Assembly (NCBI RefSeq): GCF_009914755.1
Contig: NC_060940.1
Source: the human T2T-CHM13v2.0 reference genome, Homo sapiens
Direction: 5' to 3' (one strand)
DNA length: 64,000 nt
In this document: positions 28,620 to 44,330 of the stretch, piece after piece
Layout of the letters: every line of letters starts with the position of its first letter
How positions within the stretch are numbered: the first letter of the stretch is position 1
Program-made: the position numbers and the translations under genes
Notes under the pieces: model-generated
Seen by the model: the letters and a program-made list of their open reading frames with translations, nothing else
What the model was told of the DNA's origin: nothing
Databases searched by the model: none

Positions 28620-28930
28620 CATGTGCCCAGCCCCTGGCAACCACCATTCTACTTTCTGTCTCTGAATCTGACTGCCCTAGGTACCTCACATAAGTGGAAT
28701 CATACAGTATGTGTGCTTCTATGTCTGGCTGATTTCACTCAGCGTAATGTCCTCAAGGTTCATCCATGTTGTAGCATGTGTCAGATTTTCCTTCCTTTTA
28801 TAAAGGCTGAATAATATTCCGTCGTGTGTAGATACCACATTTTGCTTATCCATTTATCTGTCAGTGAATGCTCGGGTTGCTTCTACATTTTACTATGTCC
28901 ATAATGCTGCTATGAACTTGGGAGTACAAA
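28620..28930 (-). mobile_element. L1MB-like 3' fragment
   Basis: 'cccagcccctggcaaccaccattctactttctgtctct...ggttcatccatgttgtagcatgtgtcag'. Confidence 0.75.
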
Positions 28931-28939
28931 TTATAGTTT

Positions 28940-29650
28940 TTTGACCCCGAGTTCAGTACTTTAAATTTTCACTCTAATAAATTTCATTTAGTTTAATTTG
29001 GGTGACTGTTTACCAGCTGAGATAATTTTGGATATTTACTCACTGTCCCTACCAGCTTTGTGTCAGCTGAAAATGAGATCAGCGTAACAACATCTCTTTT
29101 TGAGTAAACATTACGTGCCCCGTGCTTTACAGGCATCATCTGATTTAACAATTATAACTTCCAGAGGCAGGTGCCATTATTATTATCTTCATTTTACAGA
29201 TGAGGAAACTGAGGCTGCCATCGTTTTTTGGATTAGTGATTTCAAGTACAGTAATTACAATTTCACAGAAGTATACTAGCTCTAATTTCTCTTTTTGCCC
29301 AATGGGATGAGAAACTACAAAAAACCCCCACAGCTCACATTTAAATAAATGATATTTATATTTGGCACTCCCCTCAAGGTTACTAATAATCCAGCAAGCA
29401 TACTAAAAAAACCAAATTGTTGCCAAGTGCACACACAGTCAGAACTGACCATAATATCCACAAGGCCAACAACCAGATGTGTATAGGCACCTGACGCAGA
29501 GTTAGGCCTTAATAAATGTTAGATGATGATGTCCTTTATAAATCCACACACCTTGCAGTGTTCTCCAGTTCTCTTTCTAGGTGCTCAGGGATCATTTGTT
29601 TGATGAGATGTTCTTGCATAGTTCTGAGGAATCACCAGCATCAGGCTCAA
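28940..29650 (-). mobile_element. CR1/L3 ORF2 reverse transcriptase relic (MIR inserted at ~29120-29220)
   Basis: Minus strand gives LISFSADTKLVG (cf. CR1 LIKFADDTKLGG), a degenerate IQ..L..MKF...KVL..G.K segment, and EHLIKQMIPEHLE near 29575-29620. Confidence 0.65.
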
Positions 29651-29964
29651 ACATCACAGACATTGTGTATCGCTTATCATCTGGCACCTGCCTCTGCTCC
29701 ACAATGCCTCAAGGCTTATTGACAGTAGTTTATGGAGTATATCATGGTCAGCTGCTACTTTTCTGAGACCCGTGGGATGTAATTCAAATTGATCAGAGGA
29801 AACAAACCCACTGGGCACTGGGTATGCTACCTTCCCTGCACATGGTCCTTCCAGCTGGGTCTCTGATGAAAGAGAAATATAGGAGTTGAATAGTTGTTTT
29901 CCCTGCCATGGTATCCATTATTCATCCTAAATACCTCTCAGTATATCTTCAAGAATACTTTTGA

Positions 29965-30558
<594 letters not shown>

Positions 30559-30601
30559 TTAGCTGGGCACGGTGGCAGATGCCTGTAGTCCCAGCTACTC
30601 A

Positions 30602-30700
<99 letters not shown>

Positions 30701-31159
30701 CTATCTTTAAAAAAAAAAAAGTGCCTGTTATGGTTTTCCCTGTGATTTTTTTTTTTTTTTTTTTTTTGGAGACGGAGTCTTGCTCTGTCACCCAGGCTGG
30801 AGTGCAGTAGTGCAATCTCAGCTCACTGCAACCTCCGCCTCCGGGGTTCAAGCAATTCTTCTGCCTCCTGAGTAGCTGGGATTACAGACGCGTGCCACCA
30901 CGCCCAGCTAATTTTCATATTTTTTGTAGAGATGGGGTTTCACCACATCGGCCAGGCTGGTCTTGAACTCCTAACCTTGTGAGATCTGCCTGCCTCGGCC
31001 TCCCAAAGTGCTGGGATTACAGGTGTGAGCCACTGCGCCTGGCCTGACCATACTTTTTTAAATTACAAAATATGCTTTTTATTTCTCAGTGCTGGGCTTT
31101 TAAAAAGAGCCATTAGAGATTTCTATAGACAAAGTTACAGCCTTGTAATACTATCTTTA

Positions 31160-32940
<1,781 letters not shown>

Positions 32941-33776
32941 TAATCACCTTAAGTAGTTGTGCCCAAGGACATAGAACAACCTGTTCACACCTTGCAAATT
33001 CAGTTCTGTAATCAAACTAAATGGATATGTGTGAATTAGAAGTCTCTTTCCTTTAAAACAAAACAAAAAAACCTGTAAGCTTACTTTTGGGGACATCATC
33101 GGTACAGGCTGGGGCCAAGAGAATAAGTTTTCTGAGAAAGAAACTTCAAGCTAAGGCCCAGTAGGCTGGTGAATCCCAGCACTTGCTGAGCGTATCTGAA
33201 GATGGCACTTTTCCCTGGGCAGTGTGTCACACTGGGTGAGTGGCTGAGCTCCAGATGTTAGGAAGTCCTCACCACTCATGAACAACTCATACTGAGGAAG
33301 GGAGGGTTCAAAAGGGGTTCTCCCGTATCATTTCTGGCAAGCAAATTTAATGATGGCTATTCATAGAGCATTGGTATGTATCAGTTTGCAGTTGTAGCTA
33401 TACAGGTTGGGCAATAAGACTTGGCACTGAAAGAGTGGCAAGCCCTCACTTAGTGTCAGCCTCCACTGTGCCTCAAGGGCCACTCACCATGAGACTAGCC
33501 CCAGATCCAGCCCCACACCTTCCAGAGCACTGCATCCTGAGAGGCACCTCCACAGACTTGATGCACACCTCTGTCCCCTCAGGCACATTCCAAAAGGCCA
33601 GTGTCAAGACCCATACTGTAGAATTCCCTTTATTTGAAATGCAAATAAGACTCATTTGATAATTTGATTTTTCTGTGAATTCTTTTCAGTAATTTCATCC
33701 TAATATAAAGCACTGGGGCCAGAGGTGAGGGTCACGGCCCTAGTTATGAAGTGAGACAGATCCTCAACCTAACTTA

Positions 33777-33926
<150 letters not shown>

Positions 33927-34384
33927 CTAGGCATGGTGGCACAAACCTGTAGTCCCAGCTACTCAGGAGAGGAGACTGGGGTGGGAGGATCTCTTGAGCC
34001 CAGTAGGTCAAGGCTGCAGTGGGCTGTGATTGCACCACTGTACTCCAGCCTGGGCAACAGAGCCTATCTCAAAAGAAAAAAAAAAAAAAGATTGGGACAT
34101 TAGCTAGGCTGATTAGGTGTTTTAGGTGCTTGTGTATAAAATGACACCTGTAATTTATGTAGATTGATTAATAAATACTTATTAAGCACAGACTATGAGC
34201 CAGGCCTCAGCAAAGTGCAGGATACTTCAGTAAGCCAAACAGATATAGTTTCTGCTTGCAAAGAGTGTACAGTCTAGGAGGAGAGATAAGATAATCAAAT
34301 AATCACATAAATATGTAATTATGATTTGAGATTAAATGCTATAAAGGAAAAGAATGGTGCTATGAGAGACTCAGCAGGATATAA

Positions 34385-34507
<123 letters not shown>

Positions 34508-34703
34508 TGAGTAGCTAGGACCACAGGCACATGCCACCACACCCAGCTATTTTTTTTGTATTTTTGGTAGAGACGGGGTTTCCCATATTGCCCAGGCTGG
34601 TCTTGAGGCTGGTATTCAACTCTTGTCCTCAAGTGATCCGCCCGTCTCAGCCTCCCAAAGTGTTGGGATTACGGGCGTGAGCCACCGTGCCCAGCCAAAT
34701 TAG

Positions 34704-34859
<156 letters not shown>

Positions 34860-35999
34860 TGAGCCACGACACCCAGCTAATTTTTTTTGTATTTTTATTT
34901 ATTATTTTTTTAGAGACAGGGTCTTGCTCTGTTGGTCAGGCCGGAGTGCAGTGGGGCGATCATAGCTTACTGTAGCCTCGAACTCCTGGGCTCAAATGAT
35001 CCTCCTGCCTAGGCCTCCCAAAGTGCTGGGATTATAGGCATGAGCCACCACGCCAGCCCTGTATTTTTAGTAGAAACCGGGTTTCACCATGTTGGCCGGG
35101 CTGGTCTCAAACTCCTCACCTCAAGTGATCTGCCCGCCTTGGCCTCCCAAAGTTAGCCTTTGTTTTTTGAGACGAAGTGGAGAAGTGCAGTGGTGCGATC
35201 TCAGCTCACCGCAAGCTCCGCCTCCCGGGTTCACGCCATTCTCCTGCCTCAGCCTCCCGAGTAGCTGGACTACAGGCGCCTGCTACCATGCCCGGCTAAT
35301 TTTTTGTTTTTTAGTAGAGACGGGGTTTCACCGTGTTAGCCAGGATGGTCTCGATCTCCTGACCTCGTGATCCACCCACCTCAGCCTCCCAAAGTGCTGG
35401 GATTACAGGCATAAGCCACCGCGCCCGGCCAGTTAGCCTTATTTTTAAAAGTGTTCAATGACAGATTTATAATGCACTTTGAGTTCCACGTGAGAAAGGT
35501 TTCACACTCTGAGGCTCAATTACGATAAAAACACTGACATTGTGAGTCATTTTCTATCCACTGACCCCTACCCTGCTCCTTGACTATCAATCCCCACTTG
35601 CTGTGCTCTATTCAGAGTTGAGCTCAGTCTCTCTCCCCAACTGCAAGACTCATTGCAGAGGTACCTATACCTGCCGCCATGGTCCTGAATAAAGTCTTCA
35701 TCACCATGAAAAAAACCCAAACATTGACATTGGTTGTGCAGTAAAAGGCACAGCAGCCCAATGTCATTAAAAACCCAATTTGTGATTAACAGACACTCCC
35801 CTTCCCCAGAGCAGTAACCAGACCCAAAAGCATTTCTTCAGAATGAAGACTCCAAAAGAGGTAGGAAGGAAAAGTACAATGTTCAGAACTTCAAACTGCA
35901 ATTATGCAACTCTCTCATGATGCTCTGTGTTCAGGCATCATGGCTGAAAACCCTGGATTATTGGTTGTAAATCATACTACAAATAACCAAGCTTCAGCT

Positions 36000-36882
36000 A
36001 TCTCATCTTTGTCAAATACAATTAAATCCAGTGGTCAATTCTCACCTTCATCCCACTTTGACCTATCAGCAGCATCTGACATGGCAGGTTCCAACCTCCT
36101 TGAAACACTCTTCACCCGACTTCCACAACACAAATTTCTTCTGATTTTCCTCTTACCTCTCTGACCACTTCTCGGTTCCTTCTGCTCATTTCTCCTGATG
36201 GTGACTGTAGTAACCATGGCTCAGTCCCCAGTCTATTTCTCTTTTCTATCTATACTCACTCCCTTGGTGGTTCCATTCAGTGTCATGGCTTTTAAATGTT
36301 ATCTATTCCCTGATGACTCCCAAAGTTATCAGCCAGGTCCTCTTTAAGCTCCAGACGGGTGCAAACAACCGCCTATTAACATCTCTACTTGGATGTTTAA
36401 TAGGCATCTCACACTTAAAATGTCCAGAACTAAACTCCTGATGTTTCTCCCCACCAAACATACTCTTCCCACAATGCCTTCATCTCAGAAACTGGTAACA
36501 CAAACTTTTCAAATGCTCAAGTTAAAACCTTGGAGTTATCCTTGAGTCTTCTTTTTCTCTCACACTTCACATCTGATCCATTAACAAGTCTTGCTGGCTC
36601 TCTACCTTCAAAATATACCCTGCATCCAAGAACCTCTATTGTGCAGACATCCACGTGGCTTTCTCTCTCTCTCTCACGTTTCCTTCAGGTCTCTACTTCC
36701 ATGTTGGCTTTTCAGAAACAGGTGTATTCTTCCATTGTTTGTCTCTCCCCACCATCCCTGCTAGAATGTATCCTCCTTGAAGACAACAAATTTTTTGTCT
36801 GTTTTGTTCATTGCTATATCCCTAGTGCCTAAAACAAGGTCTGACATGTAGTTGGTGCTAAATATTTGCTGAAAGAATGAAA
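36000..36882 (+). mobile_element. L2 fragment
   Basis: Degenerate YADDSQ motif ('ctgatgactcccaaa') and L2a-type 3' end 'gtgctaaatatttgctgaaagaatgaa'. Confidence 0.75.
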
Positions 36883-37025
36883 GATTTCAGACCTAGTTCC
36901 TGCACAGTCAATAAACTAAGACATATATACTGAGCCCATCAAAACCATACTATAGAAAACCATATATACTGAGCTCACCAAAACCATCAGTAGGCTCTTG
37001 CAATGTTTAAAAATGTAATAAAGAG

Positions 37026-37742
37026 CTCCCTCTCCCTCTCCCTCTCCCCCTCCCCCTCCCCCTCCCCCTCTCCCTCTCCCTCCACGGTCTCCCTCTGATG
37101 CCGAGCCAAGGCTGGACGGTACTGCTGCCATCTCGGCTCACTGCAACCTCCCTGCCTGATTCTCCTGCCTCAGCCTGCCGAGTGCCTGCGATTGCAGGCG
37201 CGCACCGCCACGCCTGACTGGTTTTCGTTTTTTTTTTGGTGGAGACGGGGTTTCGCTGTGTTGGCCGGGCTGGTCTCCAGCTCCTAGCCGCGAGTGATCC
37301 GCCAGCCTCGGCCTCCCGAGGTGCCGGGATTGCAGATGGAGTCTCGTTCACTCAGTGCTCAATGGTGCCCAGGCTGGAGTGCAGTGGCGTGATCTCGGCT
37401 CGCTGCAACCACCTCCCAGCCGCCTGCCTTGGCCTCCCGGAGAGCCGAGATTGCAGCCTCTGCCCGGCCGCCACCCCGTCTGGGAAGTGAGGAGCGTCTC
37501 TGCTTGGCCACCCATCGTCTGGGATGTGAGGAGCCCCTCTGCCTGGCTGCCCAGTCTGGAAAGTGAGGAGCGTCTCTGCCCGGCCGCCATCCCATCTGGG
37601 AAGCGAGGAGCGCCTCTTCCCCGCCGCCATCCCATCTAGGAAGTGAGGAGCGTCTCTGCCCGGCCGCCCATCGTCTGAGATGTGGGGAGCACCTCTGCCC
37701 CGCCGCCCTGTCTGGGATGTGAGGAGCGCCTCTGCTGGGCGC
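37026..37742 (+). mobile_element. SVA retrotransposon, 3'-truncated (young D-F-like)
   Basis: (CCCTCT)n hexamer 37026-37083, Alu-like domain 'ccacggtctccctctgatgccgagcc...', then VNTR units 'tctgcccggccgcc...ctgggaagtgaggagc'. No SINE-R or poly(A). Confidence 0.93.
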
Positions 37743-38013
37743 TCAAGTTCAAGTGATTTTCCTGCCTCAGCCTCCTGAGTAGCTGGGACTACAGGCATGC
37801 ACCACCACACCCAGCTAATTTTTTTTATTTTTTATAGAGACAGGGTTTCGCCATCTTGGTCAGGCTGGTCTTGAACTCCTGGCCTCAAGTGATCCGCCCA
37901 CCTCGGCCTCCGAAAGTACTGGGATTACAGGCGTGAGCCGCCACACTGGCCAGACATAAGCATCTTTCATGTTATCATAAATAGTTTTATGGGTTACATA
38001 ACAGGTATGTCAT

Positions 38014-38865
38014 TGTGAAAGTGGAAAGACAAATTCAAATTGTTTTTCCTCTGCTTTCACACCACAATAATCAACACAGAAGACCAAATGTGTGGGGGTT
38101 TCTCCCCACACACCAAGCAAGCAAGCAATTCTGCAGTCAACACCTGCTGGTGTCCTTCAATTCAATTCTGACGATATCTACCTGGAGAATCGCATCAGAT
38201 CCCCCAGGTAGAGGGCTCAGTCCCACAGACTTCCCCTTCCCGACTTCCAATGCCATCAAAAGCCCCAGGTTGTTTCAACTGTGCCTCTGCCTGATGGGCT
38301 ACAGACTGGAGATCCTATGACTCCCTCCTTCAGATCAACTAATTTGCTAGAGCAGCTCACAGAACTCTGGGAAACACTTACTTATATTTACTGGTTTATT
38401 ATAAAGAATATTACAAAGGATAGAGATGAAGAAGGTGCATAGGGCAAGGTATGGGGGAAGGGGCTTGGAGCTTTCATGCCCTCCCTGTGTTTATGGAGGC
38501 TTCATTAACTAGGCATGATTGATTAAACCACTGGCCATTGACGATCAACTTAACCTTCAGTCCCACTCTCCTCCCCAGAGGTTGCAGAGTGGGGCTGAAA
38601 GTCACAACCCTCTAATCATGCTTTGATGTTTCCTATGACCAGTCCCCAGCCTGAAACTACCCAGGAGCTGCCAGCCACCAGTTAACTCATTAGCATACAA
38701 AAAACCATCACTCAGGAGATTCCAGGGATTTGGTTGGTGCAAAAGCAACTGCGGTTTTTGCCATTACTTTGCGGCAAAATCTGCAATTGCTTTTGCACCA
38801 ACCTATTGAAATTGCATGCCAGGAAACAGAGACAGAAGACCAAATATGTATTTCACAATATCACA
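38014..38865 (-). mobile_element. MER21-family solo LTR
   Basis: Minus strand starts TGTGATATTGTGAAATACATATTTGGTCTTC and ends ...CACA. Degenerate 5-bp TSD gtcat/gccac. Family assigned from memory of the consensus. Confidence 0.75.
38730..38806. mobile_element. MADE1 (mariner-derived MITE) nested in the MER21 LTR
   Basis: ~80-bp palindrome ggttggtgcaaaagcaactgcggtttttgcc...ggcaaaatctgcaattgcttttgcaccaacc. Confidence 0.9.
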
Positions 38866-39846
38866 GCCACTGACCGTATGAACTAGCTTTTCATTCTCTA
38901 GTGTTACACATTTATGACATTTTCATTTTGCTTCCTGTTATACAGGTTAAGAAATTATGGTCCAGAGGCCAGGCAGGGTCACTCCCAACTGTAATCCCAG
39001 CACTTTGGGAGGCTGAGGTGAGCCGATCACTGAGGCCAGGAGTTCAAGACCAGCCTGGCCAACATGACGAAACCCCATCTCTACTAAAAATACAAAAATT
39101 AGCCAGGCATGAAGGCGCACACCTGTAATCCCAGCTACTCGGGAGGCTGAGGCACAAGAATCGCTTGAACCCAGAAGTGGACATTGCAGTGAGCCGGGAT
39201 TGTGCCACTACACTCCAGCCTGGGAGATAGAAACACTGTCTCAAAAAAAAAAAAAAAAAAAAATTACGATCCAGAAATTACACGATTTGCCTAAGGTTAT
39301 CATCCTAAGTAAAATACAATTATGAAAGTAAATAATAAAGATTTTGAGGTTATAAAGTGATACAGTAAAATCTCAAAGCCAAGTAGAAGTGTTTTGGGTT
39401 CTATTTTGGGGTTATCTATTCTCATGAGAAATTGAGAGCTGACAATTTGAGAGTAGCACAGTTATCCCAGGCCAGAAAGGAAGACCACACTAAGTACTCA
39501 GTTCCCATTTTTCACAGTCTTCATTCCAAATCCTTGATTATAGAGGACTGATAGAAATCTTTACAGAAGCTCTTGGGAATGACTTAGAAAGGTGGCAGAG
39601 AGAGTGAGCTATGTTCCCACGAATTTCAGGACTATCCAGGGTCCCAAAGAGTATATACATTTTATCACTGGCTACCTTGAGAAATGACAGTACCTTGGAC
39701 AAAAACACTACTTGCAATTCCTTTCTAAGAGCAGGAGCTAGCAAACAAGTGCTTAAGGACAGGGTTCAAGGGTACTAAGTAACATGGAAATATTCGATTC
39801 TTCCTTCTTAATGTTTAATCCATATTTTCTTTCTTTTTTTTTTTGA

Positions 39847-40143
<297 letters not shown>

Positions 40144-41647
40144 TAAGTGTTTATTCACATCACCATGAGAGAAAATTTTTTTTTGTCTTTGAAGACAAGG
40201 TACTTCAGTGAGCTCATTCCCAACCCAATGTCTAATTTATAAGGAGGTGTTAGAGTGTAGGGAATTCTTCCTGCTTTCATGTTTTTCTCAGTATCTCCTA
40301 CCATTCTAACTTTCATGAACCCAAGCTTTTCAAGTGTCTTTCATTCTCACTTTTTAAAACACCTGCCATTTAAATTTTCAAGTAATAAGGACTTTTAGAC
40401 TCCAAATTTCAGTTTGCTTTTAAGTTTGCTAATATAAATCTACTACTTTTGAATGCAAGAAAGATAATGTTCCATTACTATACTGTATATAAGTTCTCAA
40501 AAATAGCAAAATCTCCAATTCCATTCTTTCCTAGATGTACTCTAATTCCAATTGTGGATTTGTTCTAGAATTGGACCCCCTGTTATAGAGACCCCCATCT
40601 CTACAAAAAAAAAAAAAACTTGTTTTATTAGCTGTCTATGGTGGCATGCACCTGTGGTCCCAGCTACTCAGGAGGCTGAGGTGGGAGGATCACTTGAGCC
40701 CAGGAGTCAGAGGCTGCAGTGAGCTGTGATCACGCCACTGTACTCCAGGCTTGGTGACAGAGCAAGACCCTGTCTCAAAAATGAATAAACATTTAAAAAT
40801 AAATATGCATGAGTGACTTTTCAGGCATCAGAAAGGCACTTTTCCTATTTCTAAGTTAGTGGTCTCTCTGATCCTGTGTTTTCTGAACACCGACCTCTGC
40901 ATTTCAACTTCTAACATCAGATGACATTGCATCCCCATTCCATTTCTCCTCTTATGGGAAAACTAGAAAATCAGTTCAGTGAAAGTAGCTTCTATTAGCA
41001 TTGCTGGTTTATCTGGTAGGGTTTCCTCATGGTTGGCCTGTCAAACACTGTTGATTACTTTATTACAGGCCAGATATGATAACTGCCCTCAGCTGCTCCA
41101 GAAAATGGCATAGAAGTTAAGTAATTATTTGTCAAAGGTTTCACTGTCATAGCAACCAGGACTTTTGAGAGTCCTCTGTAAGTCTACCTTTCTCTGAAAA
41201 CAAGTGTTTTTCTGATTGGAGTTCAGAAAACTCACACAAATCCACAGGTCACACCACAGCCGTATTTAAGCAGTACCCTCTCCAAAAGCTCATTCAAAGT
41301 ATTTGTGCCCACGTTCAAAACACCCTCCCACAGTCCATCCAGTTCCACAGGTGGCAACTGCTCCCTTCCATTTTACCTTGACTTGATTTTGGCCTACTTG
41401 TCTTACCTTCCTCTGGGTCAACGTGAAAGTAATGAAGGTTTCTGCACAGAACACAATGATTTTCATGAAGCCTTTCTGACAGAATTTGGTTAACAGTACT
41501 GATTTTCCCCAGAGGTTACATTTGCTTTTGATAATGCCCCATTATAACTCCTGAGGTATTTATACAAAATAACCCCACAGGTGCAAGAAAAGTTGGTAAA
41601 AAGCACAGTCACAATACCCATAGTTATGGTATGATGCTGAATTATGA

Positions 41648-42070
<423 letters not shown>

Positions 42071-42453
42071 TAGAAAATTAGTTTTTATCAAGCTAGGGAC
42101 AAACTGACTTTGATGATTAGAATCAGGGACCATCTTTTAAAAATCACATAGTTCTAATTTTTAAGTTTTGGGTCAGAGGAGGCTTTCTAAAAAATTGCTA
42201 GTTCTACTACCAATGTGTTCTAGTATTACTATAGAAATCAGATAGCAATTGCCCTAGCAAATAAAAATAATAATGAGGGCTGGGTGTGGTGGCTCACACC
42301 TGTTATCCCAGCACTTTGGGAGGCCAAGGCAGGCAGATCATCTGAGGTCAGGAGTTCAAGACCAGCCTGGCCAACATGGTGAAACCCCTTCTCTACTAAA
42401 CATACAAAAATTAGCTGGGCGTGGTGGTACATGCCTGTAGTCCCAGCTACTCA

Positions 42454-42588
<135 letters not shown>

Positions 42589-43714
42589 TTAGACCCAGAC
42601 CAATGATTATTCCATGGCAAAGTGGGAAAACCAGGTGGTAAGAGATAACCTCTCACAACAGAATCTTTATCTGTGAAATAAGGATTCGACCAACAGAACC
42701 GTCTGTTGAAAATTTCCTCTCTTGGTCCAGGCAGGTTCTCTAAACTCCCAATCCCAAAGCAGTTAATTTTTTCACGTTTCCTGTAAAATGGATGGCCTTA
42801 AAACTCTTTTGTTCTCTAGTGTAGCTTTCCAGAAGGAAATAAGTTTCCTTATCAAGAATGAATCTAGCTTCCCCGACTCAAAAACAACCATCTTCTCTAT
42901 ATTGCTCCATATCACAATAAATTTAAGTGCCTTCCTTTTCTAAATTAAATGCTGTTCCCTTCAACTTAAGGGCCACACACTAAGGGCTATTCCTTTAGAG
43001 GCTTTTGGGCCCCACAGATCACAAAGGTGGTGCCCTGCCCTAGTTCTTTCTGGACATTTAAAAGGACATCCACTTTCTTGCCCTCAGGATAACATTATGG
43101 GAACAATGAACATAAATAAGACAGTTAAATAAGCTTCCCTGATGCCTATCCAATACAGCTTTCAACTCTTCTATCCTGCCTTGTTCTTTAGATCGTGCTG
43201 TAGTCTGGAGGGTAAACTCTTCACACAACCATTCCCAAGCCCTCATGTCCCTGTCCACTCTTCCTCCCTCACCTTTTAAGTGTGATAGGGCCTTGATGGG
43301 AAGACCTCACTTCACCTTTTGTCTCAAGTCCATCTGCTTCCTTCCAGAGCTACAAATACAAAGGTAGGCCAGGGCCATTGAGACGTGGCCATAGGGCACA
43401 TGGGAGCTGGCAGAGCCACTCGCACCTTCTGGGGTGTCCCTTCTTCCACCTGTCAACTGAACACCCGTTTCTTAAAGATTTATCCCCAAAAGTCCCATCT
43501 CATTCTGAAAGGGGACGAACCAGCTACCCCACGAGCCCTTTGTCTGAGCTTCTACACCTCACACATCCTCATCCACAAAGCGTCCATCCTCACACAGTCA
43601 GGTGGTCCGCTCGGCACAGGGCGGGGGAGACTAGGTTTTTGCATCTGGTAAAAGGATGGGTTATGTCTCAGGTTCTTCCAGGATCCCAAATCCTATAATT
43701 CTACCACCAAGCCT

Positions 43715-44330
43715 GCGGGTCCTATTTCTGCGGTGGAAAGGGCGAATCCCAAGGCGACCCTCCACTCCACGCGCCTGCAGGCAGTTGGAACAAGCCCCCT
43801 CCAACCCCGGCTCTGCGGGTCCACGCCTCCAACCTCCGGCGCCGGGCCGCGGAGAAGGCCCTGTCGGCGCCCGCTCCCGGCCGCGCCATGCCCTCTTTCG
43901 CCCTCACCCGCCACCGGTGGCCGCCTCTCACCTGGCACGCTGGCATCGCCCACTCCGCGCTGCACTGGAAACCATGGGTCCCACGGGGTCTCGGGGGCCA
44001 CCCATCCGCCTTAAGGAAGGCTGGCGGGGATGCGCGGGCCCGGGAGTCCAGGGCGCCGCCACCGGGAACGCGCCGCCTGGTTTCTAAGGAACTGGGGGCT
44101 CTGGAAAGGGAGGGGCGGGACGGCAGGAGGACTGCGCATGCTCCATAACGGGGATGGGCCTGCGCTGGGAGGGGCCGTAGCCGGGAGCTGCGCATGCTCG
44201 CTTTTTGGGGGCGGAGCTTAAGCAGCCTGGCTAGGAGGCTCAGGTTATTCATTTCCGGCGGCGGAGGCGGCAGTTTCCTAAGCTTGGCTTCTCTCCGGTC
44301 CGCTGACCGGCGTCAGGGACCAGGTTTTGG
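43715..44330. promoter_or_regulatory. GFOD2: CpG-island promoter of GFOD2
   Basis: GC- and CpG-rich stretch in otherwise CpG-depleted DNA. GC boxes GGGGCGGG (44112-44119) and GGGGCGGAG (~44208-44216), two NRF1-like TGCGCATGCTC motifs (44133, 44189), ETS-like CCGGAAAT (minus, 44251-44258). Confidence 0.88.
43932..44085 (-). other. GFOD2: GFOD2 non-coding exon 1 (5' end approximate)
   Basis: Consensus donor CAG|GTGAGA at 43932/43931 inside the only CpG island upstream of exon 2. The TSS position is inferred. Confidence 0.75.

Noticed and set aside
37460-37742. Repeat array superficially resembling CRISPR
   Set aside because: It is the SVA VNTR: tandem units without unique spacers, in eukaryotic DNA with no cas genes.
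36916-37810. Overlapping Gly/Arg-rich ORFs
   Set aside because: Derived from the SVA hexamer, Alu-like domain and VNTR.
43656-44252. Several 90-176 aa ORFs on both strands over the CpG island
   Set aside because: Stop-codon scarcity in GC-rich promoter DNA explains them, and there is no recognisable domain.
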